Below are positions 11,523 through 23,789 of a stretch of 64,000 bases of DNA, piece after piece (position 1 is the first letter of the stretch; each line of letters begins with the position of its first letter). The position numbers and the translations under genes were made by a program. The notes beneath the pieces were generated by a model that saw only the letters and a program-made list of their open reading frames with translations, did not search any database and was not told where the DNA came from. The stretch is taken from assembly GCF_022045235.1 (NCBI RefSeq), contig NW_027266270.1, forward strand, positions 34,224,001-34,288,000. Direction: 5' to 3'. Source of the DNA: Haliotis cracherodii. Its lineage: Eukaryota.

Positions 11523-12031
11523 CATCTTCCCGAGGCAAGGGTGTTATATGACTATTTAAGTCCAGTTTTCTCCCTTGCCCAACTAGACTGGAATTGTGGA
11601 GTTATATTTTGGCTAGACTAACGAGTCTGTGCATTGTCCAATGAAAACCGCGTAACAAAGTCGACATCCGGTACGTCACCCGCAGTGCAGATTTCGGTCA
11701 AATGCCGGATTTGTAAATCATGTGTACTCGGTGTCAACAGATATTTTTTTACCAAATCGTTTCATGTTTATAATCAAGGAGCTCACGTGACTTTGATGTA
11801 CTTCGCGTAAGACCCGATATATTACAACATAGATCGCCGTAATTTTGTTTGAAGCAAATGCAAGTGATATGATTGATGGAATCCGATCGGTCAATAGGAG
11901 GGACATAGAAGTGATATAACTCGTAATAGGCACTGGTGGTGCTACGATCTAGCCTAGAAATTCCAGCCTAGTTCGACAAAGGTGGAAACTGGACTTTTAC
12001 AGTCAGTAAACTCCCTTGCCTCGGGAAGATG
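11523..12031. mobile_element. MITE (~510 bp, ~75-bp TIRs CATCTTCCCGAGGCAAGGG), probable Mutator-type
   Basis: TIRs visible at both ends; degenerate ~9-bp flanking repeats; further copies at 40129-40643 and 16251-16760. Confidence 0.8.
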
Positions 12032-12230
12032 TAGGGCTACTAGAGATCGTGTCATTACTGGAATCCCCACGTGTTCTGCTTTAAAGACACAGTGTGGCAA
12101 TATGTCAGTATACAATGATGATGATTAAGAATTCTTTTTCAAACAAAACACCATGGTAGTTTTAAGTTGAAAATCCCAGTAAGGACGCAATATGCCCCCC
12201 TGAACCCCGCCCCATGTACCTGTCTCCGTG

Positions 12231-12423
12231 TGGGGATTCCGAGGAAGAATAGTTCCCATAAACCCCATGCTTCTCTCCCTATGGGACATTCCAAAGCATA
12301 TTGGTCCCACGCTTTGGCGATTCCGAGGAAGAATAGGTCCCATAAACCCCATGCTTATCTCCCTATGGGACATTCCAAAGCATATTGGTCCCACGCTTTG
12401 GAGATTCCGAGGAGGAATAGGTC
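12231..12423 (+). repeat. 84-bp tandem repeat (~2.3 units) containing the retroposon 5' head motif
   Basis: GAGGA(A/G)GAATAG begins at 12241, 12325 and 12409. Confidence 0.85.
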
Positions 12424-13404
12424 ACCTCATAACGTGAAATGTTCGGCTTGGCAAAATGAATACCCCATTATAATATATTATGTTTTGTGGTCAATATGTA
12501 TCAGAATATGTGAGAAAAAATCTCCTTTCGAAAATATGGTGATAAATAAAGATTCGGTGTGTGAGTGTGTGTGTGTTTGAGTGTGCTTGAGTGCGTGCTT
12601 GCGTGTGTAGTGAGAGGAGGGACATTTGTATAGCAGCTAAACTAATTCCCGGAGGCTAACCTTAGCCGGATGAGACGTCAAATAAACTGAAATTTAGGAA
12701 ATAAACACGTTTATTATATACTTAAGTGTGAAAAAGTGAGTTTTCCGAAGTTGAGAAAAGTGATATTTTCACTGCAGTGAACATAACACTTTGACGGAAC
12801 TATTGTCATACAAGAGTTACCTCCCCTCAAACGGTCTCCCTTTATCGTAAGTGTTTGGTCCGTTCTCAAACTGTTGATTTCCTTTTTACTTACGTTACAC
12901 ATTGAGAAGGCAAAATAATGATCGAGGGTCATTTATGGAGTTGATATCGCTTCATGGCGTTTGTTATTCTCTTGAAATTGTTCCGTTTTAACTGTACATT
13001 TCTCACTTAATTCTTAAATCGACACCGTTCGTTTCGCAAAGCGCCGCTTTTATTACTGGACCAGCGTGTATTCTTTCGCTTCCAACAGCGGTCTCGAAGT
13101 TTTCAAGAATATCTTTTGTAAAAGTTTATTTTGTATATAATCATATCTATATGTATGATACAGAATTTTCACGACCCTAAATATTTTTTGTTACTTTTGT
13201 TTATATTTGTTATGATTTAAACTACTTTTTAGTCGCAAATACAACGGGCGCGACTCGTCCCTGTGTGTTAGGAAGGGAGAATTTACGTTTGACGGTTTTA
13301 CGTTGGTAATGAAATCATTAATTTTCCGGTAGACAACTACACAAAAAAGTATATAATAAATAGGATATTCCATGTGTGACGGGGGACGGGGGAAAAGGAG
13401 ATAA

Positions 13405-13613
13405 CGGCGGTCTGTAAATAATCGAGTCTGGACCAGACAACCCAGTGATTGAAATCATGAGCATCGATCCACGCAATTGGGATCGATGACATGCATCAAC
13501 CAAGTCATCGAGCCTGACCACCCGATCCCCTTAGTCGCCTTTTACGACAAGGATTGTCGCATTTTACGGCAAGCATGGGTTGCTGAAGACCTATCTACCC
13601 CGGATCTTCATGG
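13405..13613 (-). mobile_element. Copy of the structured-head retroposon
   Basis: Reverse complement matches 4912-5125, including the duplicated hairpin. Confidence 0.8.
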
Positions 13614-14184
13614 GAATTTTATTTATTATCCATCATTCTTAGAACTTTGGCAGTTTGTAGACAGTAATAATTTTTAAGCAGTGTCTAAGTGTAAAAAGTA
13701 CTGCTAACAGCTTCAGTAACAGAGGCATTAGTGATGTCATTTGATTGTGACGTCATGTAAAAATGACGTCACAATTGTCTGCAGAGTATTGTGATGCAAT
13801 TTCATTGCAACGATTTCTATACAATATCTGCTGTGAGAGCCAGTTTTGGATGATAAAAGAAAGTTATTACACTCGCGCTTTTACCTAATGGGAAATATTA
13901 TGAGTTATGACCCGTAACGGTTAACATATGGTTAAAGAAACGACTAAACATTGATTAAAATAAACAAGTACAAAAAATGAAATGTTGAAAGAATAAAGAA
14001 ACAGATAATAAAAATGTCAAAATCTTGTTCAGCCGCTTCTGACAAGGGACATCACTCTAATGTTATTCATCTCACTTCCGGTGTATTAATGATGGAAGAA
14101 TGGTTTCTGTCGATGTTTGGAAAACACAGAGATTACGAGTTCTTCTTTTTTGTTTGAAGTTATGAGATCTTGGCTTTGAAAGCT

Positions 14185-17100
14185 ATGTCTGACAGTAAGT
14201 ATATTTATGCGTTGTTTACATTTTAACGTTACTTCTTCCTGCCATTCAACAGCACTGAGATTGATGACGTCTGCCAGTGCTACACATCGCCAGTCGCACT
14301 AATCAATAACTTTATGAATAACATATATGTCTTGTAGAATGGTACCTATGCTTATAAATCTTAGAAATGATACATGGCTTGCCTGTATTTAGTCATTTTG
14401 TGTGTTACGAATACGAATAACAATACGAATTAGACAAGTATACGTAAGGCCTATGTAAGACTTAAACCTGTAGTGTTGTTTTTCCTACAAGCCCAAGGGT
14501 CTATTCAAAATATCTGAATATAGGAATAAAAATACTGTTATCAACGTATTTAACACCACTTCCCAGGAAAAGTGCACTTTATCTCGCACATTTGCACTTC
14601 ACATCTTTTTCTGAGGCAGAGAGGGGTGGTCGGGTAGCCTAATGGTTAAAGCGTTCGCTCGTCACGCTGAAGACCCGGGCACAATGTGTCAAGCGCATTT
14701 CTGGTGTACCCCGCCGTGATATTGCTGGAATATTGCTAAAAGCGGTGTAAAACCATACTCATCATCATAATCTGAGGCAGAGCTACATGTATGTATCTTG
14801 ATGCAATGCTCGATAGGTAACCTTGGTAGGCGACGGGCGCTGTCACACACATAAAATTCTCAATTCAGGTTATTCAATTACTGTGATGGCTTTGTAAATG
14901 GGACCTTTATTTCCCTGGAAACAGGAGCAATAAAAATGGCTTTTGTGCTTAGTTTTATGTTATTGCATTGAATAAATGTTACAGTACCTCAGAGTTTCAA
15001 TAAATAAGAACTTTTAGAAAATCCCAGTTTTGTACGAAATTATGTTCTTTCCCAAGTTGCTGTCCAAGTGCACATGTGGTTTGGAATCCTAGTTAAATCA
15101 ATGGCATGGATTGAAGTGGTGTCACAGTATGTTATAACCAATCACAGTATTGTTGAGATACGGCAATATCAGCTAATCGTGTTCCTCAATTTTGCAGTGC
15201 CTCATAATTATGTTTCTTGTCAAAGTGACAGATGTTGGTTTTCAAAACATATGGAGTCTCCAATCTCATTAAAATAAGATCTTAGTTCTCGCTAACGCTA
15301 AACAAACATCTGAAGACATCCCATTACAGGTCATGTCAGAACGACCTTTTTCAAACCTTGACCGCCCACTGAAACGACTAACATCGACATCAGCCATTTA
15401 GAAAGCTGCTTTCTCGAGCTTTACGGCACTCGTTTCAATCTGTCGACTTCCATTTCAGACTGCGCTTGAAAAATATGTTGACACAGTTCTCGATTAAAAT
15501 TTTAAAAACTGAAAAAAACGAACATTCCGGAATGTCTAATATATGGTTGCGATTGTATGGCAGTGCTTCCAGGGTACCGTGCAACGCCTCCTTTGTCAAA
15601 TGTTTCTCCCATGGAATCGAGAGATAGACAATAGTTTTAACGGAATCAGTCGTATGGGCCGTAACTGTCGTTCAGAATACCCTGCGTGAACGTTTTTGAG
15701 GTTGCATGATTTGAAAACACATTCCGACTGTCACCTTCATGATCTGGTCGGATGAAAGGTCGTTCTGACGTGACCCTTGTCCTCAGATCTTTGTTTAGCG
15801 GTAGTTTAGTGGTATGATCCGATTTTAATGAGATTGATGGAGTCTCTGACTTAAGTCTGAAGACCTAGTCTCCTAAAATTCTGTTCCGTCTGATAATCAC
15901 AGCTAATAAATGTCCATGTGATAAGATTAAAACATAGTATTAATGATGAGTCAAGTTCAAATGTTTTTGGCACACACTGCATGTGACAACTCAGCACTTC
16001 ATACCATATTATGCATGGATACCATCATGTAAAGATCAAAATATATAAAATCCAACCCTATCCCAAACTGCCCTGAGCACTAAGGATCCTCTGTGGTGGG
16101 CATTCCAGGTCAGAATTGATCCCCAGCAATCATTGCTTGTAAGAAGAGACTAAACGTGCTAAATAGACCAGGCTTGGTGACTTGGTTGGTGTGTCATTGT
16201 ACCCTAATTGTGTTAATCGCTGCTCAGAATATGAATCACTTGTTTGTCCAAAGTCCAGTTTCCACCCTTGCCGATCTAGGCTGGAATTCCTGGGCTCGAT
16301 CGTAGCGCCACCAGTGGCTATTATGAGTTAGGTCCTTTCTATGCCTCTCCTATTGACCAATCAGATTCAACCTCTCGTATCACTTGCATTTGCTTCAAAC
16401 AAAACAATGGCGCCCAGTCAAGATGATCTGATCGATAATCAAGATGTATATTGTGATAAAGCGAGTCTTACATCGCGAAGTGCATCAAATCACGTGAGCA
16501 CCTTGATTAAAAGCATCAAAAGATTTAGAAAATATCTGTTGACAACGAGTTAGCGGTGCACATGCTTTGCAAATCCTGCAATCGACCGAAATCTGCCTGA
16601 CACTTTACGAACCGGATTTCGATTTTGGTGCGTGATTTTGATTGGACTATGCATAGACTCGTTAGTCCAGCCAAAATGTAACTCCATAATACCAGCCTAG
16701 TTCGGCAAGGGTGGAAACTGGACTTTTATAGTCAGTTAACTCACTTGCCTCGGGAAGATGTGAAGCACGGGAAGCACAAGTGACCACCCATTGGACGAAA
16801 GTATTTGCCTGTGCTCTATTCATGTTGACATCAATGTGATTTTTTTGTAAAGTTGTTTTTAATAATATTAAGAATTTGCAATTTGCATTTTGTTTTTGAC
16901 ATTTTTGTGTGACAGAAATACAAATATAAGTCGTTTTCATTTTGGTATCTAATATCATTGATAATACATCACACATTCGATTCCCAGATCAAGGTCCTCC
17001 GCCTTCCTATGATGAGGCACAGGGGTACCCTCAGTATGATGCGTCAGGACAGATGTCAAATCTGGGACCACCTCTCTCACAGACAGGCTCCATTTTCACC

Positions 17101-18323
17101 TACAACACTGACACTGCCACTCCCCCGGGGGCATACTCCACTCAACCAGGCGGACCCCCTCCAATCACGGGAATACCACCACGGCGACCAGGTGCGCCTC
17201 CTCCGGAGTATGTCGGGAGGGCCAAGCAGTACGCTGCAAAGACTCAAACATATGGTGCACAGTTTGGAGGTTTTGCACATCCCCCTGAAGCACAGTATGG
17301 ATCTGCGGCAGCTGGGTACAGCACCATGTCCACGTCGTACGGGCCAGGTCCCGCGGCCCCTGCTATTGCAGGGTACCAGCCCACAGGCTCATACACCCAC
17401 CCAACAAACGCCACGGCTACCGGGGTGGTGTATAACCCGTCTCAGGGCACTGTGCAGACGGTGATGCCTGCTGGCTATAACACAACCCCTCTGGTAAGTA
17501 TTACTGTAAATCAGGAAGTTAATGACATGACATTAGGGCATCCAATGCAAGGGTCCTTGCTCACGATAATATACCAGTAGTGACAAGTCTATTCTTGACA
17601 GTTTTGTTTGACATCAGGTTCACTGAATATGCTGGAAGTGATGCCATTCCTAAACTCTGTATACTAGCCTTGCAGTACCTGGTTAATTCACAGTTCTAAC
17701 AAATTAACAGAGATGAAAATATGCAAGTAAGTAGATGCTATGGATGAAATGTTGCAGATATTATTCCCATAGCAAAGCACCTCTGATTGTTTGTCAAGAA
17801 ATGCTGACTCCCAGTTTAGATTGTATGTCGTCCATGGTGGTATATTATTAATAATCTGAAGTTCCCAACTGACGTTATTACATTTACAAATTATATCTGT
17901 ATTTTCATTGGTTGAGAAAGTGTCACATGACCTTCCTTGAAACACGGTATTGTCCTGAGACCCACCCTGGTGTGAAGGGATTGATTGCACTGCATAATCA
18001 AGCCAATGGACTCAAAGAAATATTTTCAGCCAATCAGCAAGAGCGCAATGCATGGCTTATTGTTGCGCTTCATCTTCGTGGCAACTCATTCAACTAATGT
18101 TGAATTTGAAATATTCTTGTTTTTATATTATGTAATAAAACAGTTACTTACCCCTCATGAATAGTCAATAATTGATAAGTATTCTCCGCTTCCACAGGCA
18201 TATGATCAAAGGACTCTGAACCACCCCGAAGCACGGCGACATAGAAAAATCGCCCTTATTGTCATCTGTCTCATCATTCTATTTATAATCCTCACCACCA
18301 CCTTCTTCGGGATCTTCCTCTAG
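14185..18323 (+). CDS. Uncharacterised Pro/Gly/Tyr/Thr-rich tail-anchored membrane protein with PPxY motifs, 213 aa; exons 14185-14194, 16988-17493, 18198-18323
   Basis: Junctions ATGTCTGACA|gtaagt, ttcccag|ATCAAGG, CCTCTG|gtaagt and ttccacag|GCATAT are phase-consistent and end at TAG 18321-18323. The protein reads MSDNQGPPPSYDEAQ...PPPEY...AYDQRTLNHPEARRHRKIALIVICLIILFIILTTTFFGIFL*. The tiny first exon is less certain than exons 2-3. Confidence 0.78.
14624..14761 (+). mobile_element. tRNA(Asp-like)-derived SINE, B box deleted
   Basis: Same family; TCTGAGGCAGAG direct repeats on both sides. Confidence 0.8.
15261..15836. mobile_element. MITE with long imperfect TIRs (CAATCTCATTAAAAT) and a 10-bp TSD
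   Basis: Perfect TSD ATGGAGTCTC at 15251-15260 and 15837-15846; inverted similarity extends about 100 bp (GTCAGAACGACCTTT / AAAGGTCGTTCTGAC). Confidence 0.85.
16251..16760. mobile_element. MITE, same family, inverted, one TIR truncated
   Basis: Ends in CTTGCCTCGGGAAGATG; the interior aligns in reverse to 11560-11995. Confidence 0.75.
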
Positions 18324-19398
18324 CCTGTGTTTCCTGGTTAGGCCAACAAAACATATGTGTGTTTCCGCTTTCAGGCAACCCTAATCTTATGCCCCTGTCC
18401 TGAAACCCTTTTTTCCCCCTTTGAGTTGCACAATAGCTTTTATCACCATCCTGATGTTGTCCATAGTTTATGCCACAAGCCTGTATTTGTTGTGCCAACA
18501 GTCGTTATCTTTATTAAAAGCTGATTTTCCAAGAAATAATAACTTAAGAATAATAAATAAATGTAATTTTTGTATTGGCTGAAATAGGAAACACACATAT
18601 CATTCTATGTATGTGTATGTCATTCATCATCTGTTGATGAAGGGAAGAAATGAATATGTGGTTTTTTTCAATTGTTCCAAAGGGCACAATGTTTACATGT
18701 GCCCTTTGAATGTAAGTGGGCAACACTTTAGATAAATGAAAAACCAGGTTATTTATTTGAAATGGTTTTCATTTTTTCCTTGCAGTTAGTATTGTTTTAC
18801 ATTCAATGTAACTTAATGGTCACTACATGGAATTTCATGTCAATTAACCAGGACAGTTTTCATAAGATAGCCATTACGAACATGATGAAGTTACCAGTGT
18901 TGAACTTGACCAATATGCTTGGGTCCATCTTGAAAACCATTGAATGCTACATAATAAGCATCTGTTTGCCTGTTTCTTTTCATTGAGATTGATCATGTTG
19001 ATAAGACCCTATCAGTTTCTAATTCGTAAGATACATTTAGTGACTATTAAGCACATCAAGTTTTCATCCCATATGTTTGTCTAGTTCACCTGTTGAAAGT
19101 ACTGATACAATTATCACTTGATTCATACAATGAACAGTAACAAGGTAGTTAAGAAATATCATCTCCCTGTGGACCTAACCCGAAGCCTGTATCACCGTGA
19201 TCTCATTTTAACTGGGCCATTAGTGACTGTGCCATTTACACTCTTAGTGTCATACAAGGAATCTCAAACCCGGTGTACATAGATATCCTTTTTGACTTTT
19301 TGACCAACAGCTAGGGAAGGAGATGGGTGTGTTTCAAGGGAAAATAATCTGACAGTTTTAAGATATTTGTTTCTATTTGCATAATAACATACTCACTC

Positions 19399-20891
19399 GT
19401 TCCCAACCCACTGTAGATTAGGTTGTTGGTCCCAGAGCTGTTCTCCACCCACTGTATGCTGGACTGTCGGTCCCAGCTAGCTGTTATCTACCCACCAATA
19501 CTGTTGGTCCCAGACCTGTTCCCAAACCACTGTCGATTCAGCTGTTGGTCCCAGAACTGTTCCCAACCCACTGTAGATTCAGCTGTTGGTCCCAGAGCTG
19601 TTCCCAACAACGGTAGATTCAGCTGTTGGTCCCAGAGCTGTTCCCAACCATCTGTAGATCAGACTGTTGGTCCCAGAGCTGTTCCCAACCCTCTGTAGAT
19701 CAGACTGTTGGTCCCAGATCTGTTTCCAACCCTCTGTAGATCAGACTGTTGGTCCCAGATCTGTTTCCAACCCTCTGTAGGTCAGACTGTTGGTCCCAGA
19801 TCTGTTTCCAACTCTCTGTAGATCAGACTGTTGGTCCCAGATCTGTTTCCAACCCGCTGTAGATCAGACTGTTGGTCCCAGATCTGTTCCCAACCCACTG
19901 TAGATTCAGCTGTTGGTCCCAGACCTGTTCCCAACCACGGTAGATTCAGCTGTTGGTCCCAGAGCTGTTCCCAACCCTCTGTAGATCAGACTGTTGGTCC
20001 CAGAGCTGTTCCCAACCCTCTGTAGATCAGACTGTTGGTCCTAGATCTGTTTCCAACCCTCTGTAGATCAGACTGTTGGTCCCAGATCTGTTTCCAACCC
20101 TCTGTAGATCAGACTGTTGGTCCCAGATCTGTTTCCAACCCTCTGTAGATCAGACTGTTGGTCCCTGTGCTGTTTCCAACCCTCTGTAGATCAGACTGTT
20201 GGTCCCTGTGCTGTTTCCAACCCTCTGTAGATCAGACTGTTGGTCCCAGATCTGTTTCCAACCCTCTGTAGGTCAGACTGTTGGTCCCAGATCTGTTTCC
20301 AACTCTCTGTAGATCAGACTGTTGGTCCCAGATCTGTTTCCAACCCGCTGTAGATCAGACTGTTGGTCCCAGATCTGTTCCCAACCCACTGTAGATTCAG
20401 CTGTTGGTCCCAGACCTGTTCCCAACCACGGTAGATTCAGCTGTTGGTCCCAGAGCTGTTCCCAACCCTCTGTAGATCAGACTGTTGGTCCCAGAGCTGT
20501 TCCCAACCCTCTGTAGATCAGACTGTTGGTCCTAGATCTGTTTCCAACCCTCTGTAGATCAGACTGTTGGTCCCAGATCTGTTTCCAACCCTCTGTAGAT
20601 CAGACTGTTGGTCCCAGATCTGTTTCCAACCCTCTGTAGATCAGACTGTTGGTCCCTGTGCTGTTTCCAACCCTCTGTAGATCAGACTGTTGGTCCCTGT
20701 GCTGTTTCCAACCCTCTGTAGATCTGACTGTTGGTCCCTGTGCTGTTTCCAACCCTCTGTAGATCAGACTGTTGGTCCCTGTGCTGTTTCCAACCCTCTG
20801 TAGATCAGACTGTTGGTCCCTGTGCTGTTTCCAACCCTCTGTAGATCTGACTGTTGGTCCCTGTGCTGTTTCCAACCCTCTGTAGATCAGA
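19399..20891. repeat. 41-bp minisatellite (~36 units) with a ~491-bp higher-order duplication
   Basis: Unit CTGTAGATCAGACTGTTGGTCCCAGATCTGTTTCCAACCCT; identical variant blocks begin at 19831 and 20322. Confidence 0.92.
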
Positions 20892-22126
20892 TTTTGTTTC
20901 ATATTACCTGGAAAAACGAAAGAGGGTAGGTATTTGGAAAAATATTCTACTTTTCAAATATTTTACATGGCATATCTATCACTTAAAGTCTCTTGTTGCA
21001 TGGATGACAACAAAAATAAATTTCGCCAATATGTCTCATAAATAATTTAAGAGGGAAAAAAGAATGTCATTGTATTAAGTACTCCATTCTAAAGAGTTGA
21101 ACAGGAAATGTTTGAACCATCACAGAAATATTGAATTATAAACATGTATCCCAGGTTGGTGCTCTACCATGTTCTACCAGATGTCTTGGTGAAGTTGAAA
21201 TTGATGTAGTTAACACAGTGGTCCCCGATGAAAATGTCAGTCTTGGGAATTGCCCCTTGATGATTGAGGGTGGGGTGTGACGATATGAAGATGCTGTAAA
21301 GAAGGGGGTGTCCCACGTCCTTATAAGGAATTGTGAATGCGGTACGGTGGACAATCAATCATTATAACTAAAGATGTAAAACAGTATGGAGTGTTTAAAC
21401 AAGAGTATATAAAGCAATTTTTTTTTATTAACCATATTAACTGGTCATGATTTCAAGTTAATTTGATGTAATGTACAGCATATTATGTGTGGACCATTTT
21501 TTTCATATCTACAAACACTGCTGTCGAGTTGGATACAATTTCACATAAGAATATTGCCAATAGCGACAATATGAATACATACGTACATTGAATACAGTGG
21601 TTACATAGATGCATTGCTGTCAATACAGACAGGGTAGATACAATGTTACAAATATAAATGGTAATAAAGGTAATAAATGGAAAAATGAATATAGCTCTTA
21701 TTCCCTCTTCTCTTCATTTCCACTCACAAGTAATGCTTCATTCATCCTATAAGCAGCTATCATACTCTTTCATTCTCTCCTTCCACTTTACAGTACATTC
21801 TTCATGTATACACGTATATGAATGCAACAATTTCAAATTTTGTTTTCTCTTGCATTCTGTCATCTCATTGTTTCACTTATTCTCTGCTTCACTCAAATTT
21901 TTTCATTCCATTTTCTTGTCAGTTCATGTGGACAAACACTTCATTCACCCATTTCTACATCTCTGTCTTTCTCTCACACCCACACTATACCTCTCTCTCT
22001 CTTGGATCCACCCGATTGCTACAAGACAGTTAATGAGCATCAGAATCTATCATATTGCTCATGAAACAATAAGACAAGCCCATCCCAGACCAACTTTCGA
22101 CATTCATTCATACCTCAAACATGAAA

Positions 22127-22402
22127 GGGCACGGGTGGCCCAGTCATTTAAGGCGCCGCGATTCGCTGTGCAGAGTTGTGTCCCTTTGGCACGCCAGAAA
22201 CCTATAATTGTTGGTTCGAATCCCGGTTTGCCCCGATTATGTTTCTAGGTTTGTCAGCACCATACCCGTGCTCGTGGGTTTTACCGAATTGGTAAACGTC
22301 TGAGACTCGCATCACTTCGGGCTTTCCTCCCACATTAAGCTGACACGCCGTGATATAACTGGAATACAGTTAGAAGCGGCGTTGAACCCAACTCACTCAC
22401 TC
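22127..22402 (+). mobile_element. tRNA(Leu/Ser-like)-derived SINE with long A-B spacer and V-domain-like body
   Basis: TGGCCCAGTC..TAAGGCGCC head, B box GGTTCGAATCC, GTGGGTTT...CTTTCCTCCCAC body and the shared tail; CTCAAACATGA direct repeats. Confidence 0.75.
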
Positions 22403-22675
22403 AAACATGAGTGACATTTATCATAAACGGACAACTAGATCACACAGGTAATATAAGCAGTCATTTTCAATTAAATATTAAGAATCACATAGGGACATAT
22501 AATCGTGACCATTCATTGCCAACCCCCGCTAGCAAAGGGTCCGTAATGGGTAAGATCAGTTTCTCTGTTCCACACAGTAGGTATGTGAAACCATTTTTTA
22601 TGGAATTAAATATGTCCAACAAAAATAGTTCAGTTTGTTTTATTGAAATGTTAGAAGGAAATTACAGATGTATCT

Positions 22676-22855
22676 GGGGCGGTCGGGTAGCCTAGTGGTT
22701 AAAGCGTTCGCTCGTCACGCCAAAGACCCGGGTTCGATTCCCGACATGGGTACATTGTGTGAAGCCCATTTCTGGTGTTCCCCGCCGTGATATTGCTGGA
22801 ATATTGCTAAAAGCGGCGTAAAACCATACTCACTCACTTACTCACTCACTCACTA
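22676..22855 (+). mobile_element. tRNA(Asp-like)-derived SINE
   Basis: A box TAGCCTAGTGG, GTC anticodon-like CGTCACG, B box GGTTCGATTCC, shared tail GATATTGCTGGAATATTGCTAAAAGCGGCGTAAA and (ACTC)n end. Confidence 0.85.
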
Positions 22856-23789
22856 CTCATTCAGTAGGACAAAACGAAACTGGGAACAATGGATTAACAG
22901 ATTAAGGAGGTTCGACTGTATAAAGACGTTGATTTTACCTGTCAGCCACCTCCATTGGCCAGACGCCTCTGTTGATAACGATGCTAGGATGAGGATATTC
23001 TTGCTGATATGATTCATATTCAGGGACCTTCAATCGCCCCCTTGGGCATCTTGAGACTCCTGCAAAACAAAAGTAGCCTGTGAGTATGTCACCGATATAA
23101 ACATATGTAAAACCACAACTTAATATACCACAATTATGTTATTCCTATATTTGATACATTCTCTTCACTTACAAGTAATTATTTCAATTTTCAGTATTTT
23201 AAAATGTGAACAGAAATAATTTACATATAGCGGAAATAAAGAATTAATGGACTGAGAACTGTTGAAGAAGGTGGTCACTGCAGTAAATAGGATAAAACTA
23301 ATATAAAAAACACAATATGTAACCATGTGTTAGTTGAGTCATGTTTTTAGTCATGCACATTAGCAATAGTATACAACAATAAACATCAATATAAAGAACA
23401 TGAACAGTGTTGCAGCAGTCAACTAATTTTTAGTTAGATGGGTGCTGGAATGATGGTAGGTAACCATGCTAAGAGCTTTGGAAGCAATATTACTTCCACA
23501 TTAATAGTTTAGAAACTAAAGAATGAAAAAGATGTTATCAATAACTTGCGGATACTCTCAAAAAGGCGGACATACACTCCAGCCATCCCATCCCTTGAAA
23601 AAATTGATTGCTCCTCAATGTAATGAAATAGATAAATACAAACACAAATGAATACAACATTATTTTTAAAAAATCAACAAATATTAGTGTAAAACATTCA
23701 TAACAAGAAAAGAACAAAGTAACATCTCTCCATGAGAAAACTGCAGTTGAAGAATACTGCAAACAGCCATCCAGGAATATATTGCACTG

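Noticed and set aside
19399-20891. Regular short repeats as a CRISPR array
   Set aside because: The units are contiguous with no unique spacers, there are no cas genes and the context is eukaryotic. The same applies to the 48-, 52-, 34-, 50- and 62-bp arrays.
22676-22750. tRNA genes at the SINE heads
   Set aside because: No proper acceptor stem; each runs into a shared SINE body and tail, often with TSDs.
22890-22920. TTAA-GGAGG as the left terminus of the Tudor-transposase element
   Set aside because: It does not match the candidate right end at ~28500 and looks like the GAGGTTCGACTG(TA) end of the MITE family also seen near 62340.
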